This document shows, piece after piece, positions 33,075-41,377 of a stretch of 64,000 nucleotides of DNA. The position numbers were made by a program, and so were the translations under genes. The DNA is from an uncultured bacterium (GTDB taxonomy: Bacteria; Zixibacteria; MSB-5A5; UBA10806), in NCBI GenBank assembly GCA_965541585.1, contig CBEUCH010000012.1, positions 32,001 through 96,000 on the forward strand, in the 5' to 3' direction. Below the pieces are notes generated by a model, which ran no database searches, was not told the origin of the DNA, and saw nothing but the letters and a program-made list of their open reading frames with translations. The first letter of the stretch is position 1; each line of letters begins with the position of its first letter.

Positions 33075-33569
33075 ATGAAGAAACAGCTTTTTCAATTATC
33101 CGCCATCTCTCTGGTTTTGATGTTGTGCTTTACACTTGGTTGCCAGCAACAAAGCGATGTCATTGATGTCGAGGCTGATACCGCCGCCATTATCGAACTT
33201 ATGAATAAGTTCACCGAGGCCGTGAACGACGGAGATCTGGAGCAATGGATTTCCCTGTGGACCGATGACGGTGTACGCATGGCCCCCGGCGCTCCGGCTA
33301 CAGTTGGCAAAGAAAATATCAGGGAGGAAGTGAGAGACCGCTTCGAGTCATTCACAGTCGTAGAGACTATAAACACTGAAGAAGTGAAGGTGGCCGGGGA
33401 TTGGGGTTTTGCTCGTGGCACCTACACGTTTATAATGACACCGAAAACGGGAGGTGACTCGATTGAGGGAGTCGGGAAGTATCTCTCTATTCTGCAAAGA
33501 CAGGCCGACGGCTCCTGGAAATTCACCCGGGACTGTTTCAACAGCAACGAACCATCTGAACCTGAATAG
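33075..33569 (+). CDS. NTF2/SnoaL-like (DUF4440/YybH) lipoprotein
   Basis: Lipobox LGC; GKYLSILQRQADGSWK. Confidence 0.85.
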   Translation: MKKQLFQLSAISLVLMLCFTLGCQQQSDVIDVEADTAAIIELMNKFTEAVNDGDLEQWISLWTDDGVRMAPGAPATVGKENIREEVRDRFESFTVVETINTEEVKVAGDWGFARGTYTFIMTPKTGGDSIEGVGKYLSILQRQADGSWKFTRDCFNSNEPSEPE

Positions 33570-33585
33570 AAAGGCGATACGCGTT

Positions 33586-33643
33586 CTGGATTCCCGATCA
33601 GGTCCTACGGCCCGTAGGGATCTGTAGGATCGGGAATGACAAT
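33586..33643. repeat. CTGGATTCCCG..CGGGAATGAC-type REP with 27-nt nested insert
   Basis: Uninterrupted copy at 36055-36085. Confidence 0.75.
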
Positions 33644-33654
33644 GTAATATAATC

Positions 33655-33800
33655 CCGTAAGGGTCAGGTAACCTGACCCCTACAATATCCCAAAAATATA
33701 TTGACAACCCGGCCCACATTCTTTTCATTGCCATAACCGCCTTACGTTCTGGGCGGTGATATCCCACCCCCCGGGAATAGAGGAGAGGCACGATGCCTTG
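33655..33800 (+). repeat. REP + TTGACA + structured-leader module, copy 2
   Basis: Collinear similarity to 32431-32671. Confidence 0.8.
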
Positions 33801-33873
33801 AGTGATAATATTATAATACCGCTGGGGTGGAGCGGAACGTGAAGCGGCGGAGAAAAGAATTGGATAACAAATT

Positions 33874-35259
33874 ATGAGTTCGCGCATACTGTTGGTTAAT
33901 TTCGGCGATGTTGAACAGCAAAGATTGGCCAAGCTTAATCTGGATGTAGATTTGGGGATTTTAAGTGATGCATGGGGCGAACCCATTAATAATAGTTCTG
34001 GTAATATTATTTCAAATCAAACTGCCAGTTACTATTTCCCGTATTCAGTATATGAATATAAGGTAGTATTTGTCAAACTTACAAAACATCCTCCATTCAG
34101 AGATAGATCTGAGGATGAGTTAAGTCTCATAGATGAGAAACAAATAATCACATGTTTCAGATATTGGCATAAATTAAATGGAATATTAGTGATTTTTATT
34201 GATGACGGCAGTCATGTAGATTTGAATCTACTTGGTTTCCCATATGCACATTTAGGGTCATTATCGGGAGTTGACAGAACTATCAACTCATATAAGAAAG
34301 TAGAAGGTAAAGAACCTCAAAGAACGTTCAAGGAATTAGTATCTTCTGTAAAAATACCGCCATATAGTCGCATAATTGTGCCTAACACAGAATCGGAATA
34401 TAATGTATCGAGGCGTTGGAGAATATTTACTCCTTATGTAAATAATAATCGCGATAAATTGGGTATATACCTTGACTGGGGATTGAGTTTTGAAGCAGCT
34501 GAAAAACCTCAATTATTTATACTCCCTGCTTATAAGGACTATGGCCTCGCTATTGAGAAATTTATTAAGTCGCTAGCAAGAATTCACCCGCGCCAATTAC
34601 CGGAAGTAATCGCTAGCGATTGGACAAATAATGACAGTTATTTCCCAAAAGCGGTTAGTGATGTTGAAGCAAAGAAAAAAGATACCTACGCCAAATTCAA
34701 AAGTCAGTTAGCCCTTCTTGAAAAAGAGAAAGAAGAATTGAAGAACAATTACAGTTATATCATTGAACTTTTACTGGCATCTGGGGACGAATTAAAAGAA
34801 GCTGTTATAAGGGTCCTCAATGAAATATTTAAGCTAAAAGCTATTGACTTAGATGAAAATAAGAAAAGTGATTTTCGCGAAGACATATCTATTGAGGACG
34901 AAGAAACTGGTAATATTATGTTTGCAGAAGTCAAGGGGACGAGGAACCAGAATCCGACTTTCGCCTATATCCTCCAGCTTGAAAAAAACTTGCGGAGGAG
35001 AGGCAATAAAGATCTAGTCGGAGCTCTTATACTTAACTATGATTTAACCAAAGAGCCTCAGTCAAGGCCAGAGGCCTATACCAGTAAAGACGAACAGGAG
35101 GCCATAAAGGATATTATTTTTATAGACACAAGAGTTCTGTTTTATCTCGCTTTAGCGATCATCGATCATGATATGAGAACCAAAGAAGCCAAAGAGATTT
35201 TGTTAAAAAAAGGTCGTGTTGTATTTAATCTTAAGCAATATCTAAAGAATAGACAATAG
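33874..35259 (+). CDS. AT-rich hypothetical protein with coiled coil and C-terminal PD-(D/E)xK-like nuclease motif
   Basis: GDELKEAV...REDI...FAEVKG...Q; markedly lower GC than flanks. Confidence 0.65.
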   Translation: MSSRILLVNFGDVEQQRLAKLNLDVDLGILSDAWGEPINNSSGNIISNQTASYYFPYSVYEYKVVFVKLTKHPPFRDRSEDELSLIDEKQIITCFRYWHKLNGILVIFIDDGSHVDLNLLGFPYAHLGSLSGVDRTINSYKKVEGKEPQRTFKELVSSVKIPPYSRIIVPNTESEYNVSRRWRIFTPYVNNNRDKLGIYLDWGLSFEAAEKPQLFILPAYKDYGLAIEKFIKSLARIHPRQLPEVIASDWTNNDSYFPKAVSDVEAKKKDTYAKFKSQLALLEKEKEELKNNYSYIIELLLASGDELKEAVIRVLNEIFKLKAIDLDENKKSDFREDISIEDEETGNIMFAEVKGTRNQNPTFAYILQLEKNLRRRGNKDLVGALILNYDLTKEPQSRPEAYTSKDEQEAIKDIIFIDTRVLFYLALAIIDHDMRTKEAKEILLKKGRVVFNLKQYLKNRQ

Positions 35260-35328
35260 CATTGTTTCTTTATTGATATCTTGATTTCCGCGCTTTCTAT
35301 GCCATATGTGTTCCAGCCTCATCCCGAT

Positions 35329-35700
35329 CTATACGCGCTTCGCCTCCTCGAAGAGCTTTATGGTCTCATCCTTCATGAGAAGCCAGATGGTGTAAATCCC
35401 CAGCGCCGTCCCGAAGGGGAAGTTGAGCAGCTCTAAAAACCCGAGTATCAGAACCATTATCCTGGCCCAGGATTTCATATACAGAAGGCCGATACCGCCT
35501 ATGATCCCGGGCACGGAAAACAGAGACAGCATGAGTGCGATGGAGGTGGCGGCGATGGCCGTGAGGGCAATGGCATCGGAATCACCGGAAATAAGCCCGC
35601 CGGCGATGATCACCATGAAAAGAAGCATGGCCACCAGAACCCCGATGACACTAAATACGATATGCAGCCAGGCCAGTATAGTAACGTGTTTTTGCATCAT
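35329..35700 (-). CDS. Hypothetical membrane protein
   Basis: Three to four hydrophobic helices; WARI...FPFGTALGIYT motif. Confidence 0.75.
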   Translation of the reverse strand: MMQKHVTILAWLHIVFSVIGVLVAMLLFMVIIAGGLISGDSDAIALTAIAATSIALMLSLFSVPGIIGGIGLLYMKSWARIMVLILGFLELLNFPFGTALGIYTIWLLMKDETIKLFEEAKRV

Positions 35701-35789
35701 TCACTCCCATAGAATAGATTCACTACCCTTTTAAGATACGGAATTAAGCCGCAGTGTTTCAAGTATTTTTCGTCCCTCAGCGTCTCGGG

Positions 35790-36085
35790 GTGTGGCAATC
35801 CCAAACTGGTTTGGGATTGGAACTGTTCAGACACCCCCAAACAAGTTTGATGGTGCCACCCGTCGTCCCTTAGGACGCATCTCCGGGTGGCATGCTCTGG
35901 TCGAAGACCTGAGCATGTTTGTTTGGCCATTCTACATGCTTACCCTTCGGGAAAGCATGCCACCCAATGTCTTTTGTAGGTCGGTAATTTATTGCTGACG
36001 ACCCAGCCGCGGCCATTAAAATGGCCGCCTACATTCCCCGCCTCACTCCACCACCTGGATTCCCGATCAGGTCGGGAATGACAAT
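35790..36085. repeat. Cluster of palindromic REP/MITE-like elements
   Basis: 35790-35862 (match to 29132-29207); 35885-35965 with 12-bp terminal IR GGGTGGCATGCT; inverted GTAG/CTAC hairpin doublet 35976-36032; 36055-36085. Confidence 0.75.
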
Positions 36086-36089
36086 AGGG

Positions 36090-39000
36090 CTACCCCACCA
36101 CCTCCACGCGTTCCGCCACCACGGTCAAACCGCTGATCTCGTTCTGCACCGTCCCTGTGATATCGAGTATCGGCTTTCTGAATATCCGCTCGCCCACCCT
36201 CTGGTAGACGTTGGGAAACAGAGTCACCTCGAACATATCGAACTCATCCTCCATGGTCAGGAAAACCATATTCCTGCCGTTGCTGGTCTTGATCCGCTTG
36301 CGGTCGGCCACCAGCCCGACGATTTTCACCTTCTTGTTCTCCAGCTTTGGCAAATCAACACTCTTTATGTGGCCGTTTAATGATCCCAGTCTCTGTATCG
36401 GGTGACAGGTAACCGCCATCTCCAGTATCTCCGTCTCGGCCTTCAACCGTTGATCAATATCGAAATCGGGCAGGTCGGGGCAAAAGGAAAGCTCCGGCTC
36501 CGGTATCGTGAGGTTATCGAGCATGGGATTGCCGCCCGTCTGTTTCAGCCTTTTTTCGCCGTATATCTTATGCAGCCAGAGAAGCCCGGGCCGGGTCCGG
36601 GCTAGGCAATCGAGCGCCCCGCATTTGATGAGGCTCTCCGCCTCGTCGGTGGACGGTCTGGCCCGCTTTAAAAAATCAAACAGATCCGAAAATCTTTTAT
36701 TCTTTCGCGCGTCTATTATTGTTTCGATAGTATTCGTTGATAGATTCTTAACGAATGCCAATCCGATATAAAGATCGTTGCCATCAACAAAGCAAACATC
36801 GGACGGACGGTCTATCGTTGGCGGCTTTAGAGTAGCTCCCCATCGGCGGGCTTCCTCGGCGTAAACCAGGGGACGATAATACCCGGCGAAATTGCTCAGC
36901 ATAGCGGCCATATACTCTATGGGGTGATAGGCTTTCAGGTAGGCCCCGCAATAGGAAAGCACTGCATAGGTAGCGGCGTGTGCCTTGCAGAATCCATACC
37001 CGGCGAATTGCGCGATCATCTCGAATACCTCGGTGGCAATCTTTTTACGAACGCCGCGCCGCGCTGATTGTTTAATAAAATTCTGCCTCATCACTGCGAA
37101 ATCGCGCTGCGCCCGATCTTTCGTTATGGCTCGCCTCAATAGATCCGCCTGCCCGGGCGTGAATCCCGCCATGGCCTCGGCTACCTTGAGAACCTGTTCC
37201 TGGTAGATGACATTGCCTAATGTCTCCTTCAAGACAGGTTCCAGCAGCGGATGGGGATACTCCACCGGCAACCTCCCGAAAAGCCTCTCTAAGAATACCT
37301 TCTTCATTCCCGATTCGGAGGCCCCCGGCCTGATCAGCGATAATGCCAGCGTGATATCGTTTATGCATTTCGGTTTCATAGCGATCAGGAGCGCCCGCAA
37401 CCCCGGCGACTCGATCTGGAATACGCCCACCGTTTTGCCTTTTTGCAAAAGATCGATAGCTTTCGGATCGCGATCGGGAATCGTTGCCGGCCTGCTGCCG
37501 GTTTTAGTCTCGATCAGATCCTTTGCCTCCTCGATAGTGGAGAGGCCGCGCTGCCCCAGAAGGTCGATCTTTACCAGGCCGAGATCATCGATCGAATACA
37601 TATCATATTGGGTGATGGCAATCCCCCCATACGGGCCTAACGGCTTGGCCGACATCTGAAGCGGCGTCCAGTCGAGCAGCTTCCCGGGTGCGATAACGAT
37701 ACCGCCGGCATGTATCCCGAGGTGGCGCGGGTAACCCTCTATCTTCTGCGCCATCTCGATTATCGACCTGTACGGTTCCTTTTCAACGGGCAGATGATGG
37801 CACTCGGGGTTGGTTCGCATATATTTAGCCAGGTTATCGACCTGGCCTCCCCAGGGGAGCCGCTTGGTGAAATCGGATATCTCATCGCCGGACAGCCCGA
37901 ATGCCTTCGCCACCTCCCGGATCGCACCCCTGAGAGCGAACCTGTTGGTGGTGGCGATCATTGCTACTCTGTCACGGCCGTATTTTTCATAGACAAATTC
38001 CAATACGTCATCGCGACTTTTCCAGCAGAGATCGAGATCGATATCCGGCGGATCGGTACGGCCCTCGTTGAGGAATCGTTGGAAATACAGGTCGTGCTCG
38101 ATGGGGCAGACCTCGGTTATGCCGAGACAGTATGATACAATCGATGATGCCGCCGAGCCGCGTCCGACACAGGGGATCTTGTTTCGTTTGCAGAAATCGA
38201 TAATATCGCGGACGATTAAGAAATAATCTATAAATCCACTGCGCTCTATTACGTTGAGTTCGTATTCCAGCCGCGAGATCGCCTCGCCGGTTAATTTTCG
38301 ATACCGTTCCTGAAGTCCGGCGAAGGCCAGTTCATAGAGGAGGCGGCCGTTAGTTTTGTCGGTTTCATTGTCGTAGGTTGGGAAATTCAACCGTCCCACG
38401 GGCAGTTCGACATTGCATTTCTCGGCGATCTCCAGGGTTGCCGCGATAGATTCCGGGAATTCGGAGAATAGTCTTGCGGAATCCTTTTTCCCGCGGAAAT
38501 AAGCTTGTGGGTTTTCGATTTTATCATCGCCTAATTGATCTACCGGCACGATCTCACCAATCGCCCGCAAGACACGATGAGTCGGATAATCCTCCTGATC
38601 GACGAATGCTACCGGATTGGCCGCTACCGGTGTTACTCGAAACTTCTCCGCTTCCCGCATCGTCTTTTGCAAACGTATGCGGCCTCGCAGATCGCCGAAA
38701 TTAACCAGCCCGAGATAGAGATCATCCGAGAATATCTCCTTTAATATGTCGAGACAGCCCGTTTCAAAGGCTACTGCTACCAGCCCGCCATAATGAAGTG
38801 CTATATCCTCGATGGACGGTAACCTTTCATGCAGCTTCTCGATTGTCGACAGGCGGCAGAGATTCCCATATCCCCTGAAATCTCTGGTGAGAAACATCAG
38901 CCTTCCCGCCTCGGTCTCCATTTCCAGACCGATGACCGGTTTTATATTGTATTCCCGTGCTTTGCAGTAGAATTCGATCATCCCGTAAAGCCCTCCGAGA

Positions 39001-39125
39001 TCCGCTATCCCGACCGCTCCCATTCCCCGGCGGGCGGCTTGCTCCAGGAGGGCCTCAATCGTACATACGCCGTGCAGAAACGAATAACTACTGCGACAAC
39101 GAAGGTGTACGAAGTTCGTAGCCAT
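36090..39125 (-). CDS. dnaE2: DNA polymerase III alpha subunit, error-prone DnaE2 type
   Basis: PHP-like N-terminus, GRGSAA, PPDIDLD, KIDLLG, GYGFCKAHA, OB fold; ~1000 aa and coupled to dinB. Confidence 0.85.
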   Translation of the reverse strand: MATNFVHLRCRSSYSFLHGVCTIEALLEQAARRGMGAVGIADLGGLYGMIEFYCKAREYNIKPVIGLEMETEAGRLMFLTRDFRGYGNLCRLSTIEKLHERLPSIEDIALHYGGLVAVAFETGCLDILKEIFSDDLYLGLVNFGDLRGRIRLQKTMREAEKFRVTPVAANPVAFVDQEDYPTHRVLRAIGEIVPVDQLGDDKIENPQAYFRGKKDSARLFSEFPESIAATLEIAEKCNVELPVGRLNFPTYDNETDKTNGRLLYELAFAGLQERYRKLTGEAISRLEYELNVIERSGFIDYFLIVRDIIDFCKRNKIPCVGRGSAASSIVSYCLGITEVCPIEHDLYFQRFLNEGRTDPPDIDLDLCWKSRDDVLEFVYEKYGRDRVAMIATTNRFALRGAIREVAKAFGLSGDEISDFTKRLPWGGQVDNLAKYMRTNPECHHLPVEKEPYRSIIEMAQKIEGYPRHLGIHAGGIVIAPGKLLDWTPLQMSAKPLGPYGGIAITQYDMYSIDDLGLVKIDLLGQRGLSTIEEAKDLIETKTGSRPATIPDRDPKAIDLLQKGKTVGVFQIESPGLRALLIAMKPKCINDITLALSLIRPGASESGMKKVFLERLFGRLPVEYPHPLLEPVLKETLGNVIYQEQVLKVAEAMAGFTPGQADLLRRAITKDRAQRDFAVMRQNFIKQSARRGVRKKIATEVFEMIAQFAGYGFCKAHAATYAVLSYCGAYLKAYHPIEYMAAMLSNFAGYYRPLVYAEEARRWGATLKPPTIDRPSDVCFVDGNDLYIGLAFVKNLSTNTIETIIDARKNKRFSDLFDFLKRARPSTDEAESLIKCGALDCLARTRPGLLWLHKIYGEKRLKQTGGNPMLDNLTIPEPELSFCPDLPDFDIDQRLKAETEILEMAVTCHPIQRLGSLNGHIKSVDLPKLENKKVKIVGLVADRKRIKTSNGRNMVFLTMEDEFDMFEVTLFPNVYQRVGERIFRKPILDITGTVQNEISGLTVVAERVEVVG

Positions 39126-40305
39126 CGACTACCTCACGGAAATTCTCGCCCAACGGCATCGTTCGCCCGGTGAATATCGCATGGTATCCCAGGCCGGCTC
39201 GTACCTTATCAAGACTGCGCGCCAGGTCGAACGGTCTTTCATCCTCAAAGAACTTTATCTGACGAAACGCGGGGGAGAGGTTCATAGCGGTTATCCCCAG
39301 GTGCCGGACGCCCACCTTGCGGCTGTAGATCCTGTTGAAAAGTGCGGTTATGTAAGCGTAGATTTCACCCTCGGAGTCCGATGGAGAACGCATCGTTCCG
39401 GTATCGTCCGACGATGAATAGTCCACATAACGAAGTTTGACGGCGACCCTGCCTGCCACCAGCTCGCGCTCTCGAAGTTTCTGGCAGACGCGTTCCAGCA
39501 GGTAGTACAGCGTCCCCTTCAGGAAGCCCCTGTCCACCGAATCGGCATTGAAGGTCGTCTCGCGGCTGATGGTTTTTGGCCGGGAGATCGGTTTTACCGA
39601 GCGGTTATCTATACCGTGGGCATAATCGTGCCACTCCGAGCCACGAATCCCGAAAAGCTCTACCAGGACCGGACGCGGTACATTGCAAAGGTCCCCGGCC
39701 GTATGGACGCCGAGCTCTGCCAGGAGCCTTTCGGTTTTATATCCCACGTTCGGCAGTTCTCTCACCGGCATCGACTGCAGCATGGTATGCGCTCGCCCGC
39801 TGCTTATCACGGTCAGGCCGTTCGGCTTTCTCATATTGCAGCCGATCTTAGCGAACATCTTGGAAATTGATATGCCGATCGAACAGCGCAGTTTCAATCT
39901 GTCCCATATCTTGTATTTCAAAGACGCCCCGAGCTCCCGGATCGAAGCGAACCTGTTTCCACAGCCGGTCAGGTCGAGATAGGCCTCGTCCATGGAGACC
40001 GGTTCAACCAGCGGCGTGTATTCATCGAATATTTCCTGAACCCTTCTCCAGTAATCGAGATAGATCTTTATATCGCCCTTAACGAACACCGCCCGCGGTA
40101 AGCGGCGGTACGCCTCCGACAACGATAATCCAAAGCTAATGCCCAGACGCCTGGCCTCGTAGGAGGCGCAGATGACGATCCCGCGGGTGCCGGGCTCTCC
40201 GCCCACTATCACTGGCTTGCCGGTCAAATCCGGGTTCAGCGCCTGCTCCACCGATGCCAGGAAGGCGTTCATATCCACCAGCGCTATTATTCTCTTCTTA
40301 TCCAA
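39088..40305 (-). CDS. dinB: DNA polymerase IV (Y family)
   Basis: VDMNAFLASVE, SYEAR, SMDEAYLD, KPNG; clamp-like RQIKFF; TTG start. Confidence 0.9.
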   Translation of the reverse strand: MDKKRIIALVDMNAFLASVEQALNPDLTGKPVIVGGEPGTRGIVICASYEARRLGISFGLSLSEAYRRLPRAVFVKGDIKIYLDYWRRVQEIFDEYTPLVEPVSMDEAYLDLTGCGNRFASIRELGASLKYKIWDRLKLRCSIGISISKMFAKIGCNMRKPNGLTVISSGRAHTMLQSMPVRELPNVGYKTERLLAELGVHTAGDLCNVPRPVLVELFGIRGSEWHDYAHGIDNRSVKPISRPKTISRETTFNADSVDRGFLKGTLYYLLERVCQKLRERELVAGRVAVKLRYVDYSSSDDTGTMRSPSDSEGEIYAYITALFNRIYSRKVGVRHLGITAMNLSPAFRQIKFFEDERPFDLARSLDKVRAGLGYHAIFTGRTMPLGENFREVVDGYELRTPSLSQ

Positions 40306-40329
40306 ATCGCCCCGCCTTTGCCATGTTCA

Positions 40330-40358
40330 AAGATACTGCACATATGTGTAGTCGTCAA
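40330..40358 (-). promoter_or_regulatory. Promoter of dinB-dnaE2 with palindromic operator in the spacer
   Basis: Minus strand TTGACG-actacacatatgtgcag(17)-TATCTT. Confidence 0.7.
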
Positions 40359-40603
40359 GAGAAAAGAGCGATTTAGTGAAAAAACCCGGCGATACCTGAC
40401 TAAGGACCTATCTTTATGATGTTCAAGGGGATAAACTGGTAGCTTGATGTAAGGCTATAGATCTGAAGCGACCCGAAACTTATCCACGTTGCAAAAGGGG
40501 TAATCCAAAAAGGAACCGTAGCTAATTATGGTATTCTGGATTCCCTAATCGCCGATAAACTGGCTAACAAACCCGAAAAAGCAAAACCCAAAGGGGGGGA
40601 GAA

Positions 40604-40957
40604 ATGGATTATTCTTATGCACAGAGCCCTGAAATACCGGCGATCTTCTGGCTCATCATGCTGGCCGCCTACGCCTATTTTGCATTCAGCATCCAGATTA
40701 TCGCCAACAAAACCAGCACACCGAACAGCTGGATGGCCTGGGTGCCGATTTTGAATGTTGTTCTTCTCTGCAATATCGGAGACAAACCGGTCTGGTGGGT
40801 ATTGCTGATGTTCATTCCGCTGGTGAATATGGTCATAACAGTCATGCTCTGGATGGCGGTTTCGGAGGCGCGTCAGAAATCACCCTGGATAGGAGTCTTG
40901 ATGATCCTGCCGTTTTTGAACCTGATCGTGCCGGGCTATCTGGCTTTTTCCGAGTAA
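40604..40957 (+). CDS. DUF5684-like membrane protein
   Basis: WMAWVPILN...KPVWW...IPLVN. Confidence 0.8.
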   Translation: MDYSYAQSPEIPAIFWLIMLAAYAYFAFSIQIIANKTSTPNSWMAWVPILNVVLLCNIGDKPVWWVLLMFIPLVNMVITVMLWMAVSEARQKSPWIGVLMILPFLNLIVPGYLAFSE

Positions 40958-40977
40958 GAATTAGAGTAAATGAATCG

Positions 40978-41008
40978 GCCGCGGTCGGCGCTGTCGACTG
41001 CGGTTTTT
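40978..41008 (+). terminator. Intrinsic terminator
   Basis: GCCGCGGTCGGC-loop-GTCGACTGCGGT followed by TTTT. Confidence 0.65.
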
Positions 41009-41044
41009 ATATGCCGGAGGGCCAGCAGGTTTTCACCAATTATC

Positions 41045-41073
41045 TTGACTGCCTGATCGCCCGCAGATATATT
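41045..41073 (+). promoter_or_regulatory. Sigma70-like promoter of tRNA-Gly
   Basis: TTGACT-17-TATATT. Confidence 0.6.
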
Positions 41074-41097
41074 TCCATGGCAGAGATTTGGATTCAA

Positions 41098-41169
41098 GCG
41101 GGTGTAATTCAGTGGTAGAATGTCAGCTTCCCAAGCTGGACGTCGTGGGTTCGACCCCCATCGCCCGCT
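41098..41169 (+). tRNA. tRNA-Gly(CCC), CCA not encoded
   Basis: GCGGGTG/CGCCCGC acceptor stem, ATTC/GAAT D-arm, TCAGC-TTCCCAA-GCTGG anticodon arm, GTGGG-TTCGACC-CCCAT T-arm. Confidence 0.95.
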
Positions 41170-41175
41170 AATTCT

Positions 41176-41316
41176 GTCGACAGGATCAGGCCATTCAGGA
41201 AGTTCGTAAGGGTTAAAAGCGTCGATAGAATCATCTACAGATTAGCGGCCTGCGTGCTGGATACCCGAAAAAACGAAAATGAACTTGCGATTTTACACAA
41301 TTAAGTCGACATGATC
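41176..41316 (+). pseudogene. 3' relic of an IS256-family element
   Basis: Translates RIRPFRKFVRVKSVDRIIY (IS256 transposase C-terminus-like); ends TTTACACAATTAAGTCGACATGATC, resembling IS256 right ends. Confidence 0.55.
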
Positions 41317-41377
41317 ATTAGATGCCAAGAAAAGAAATTGATTTGACAAATATAAAATAAAAACCATATTTTAATAT

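Noticed and set aside
33348..33986. Minus-strand ORFs 32600-32950 and 33348-33986 sharing YSRGVGYHR
   Set aside because: The shared peptide is only a translation of the non-coding repeat; both ORFs overlap better-supported plus-strand genes
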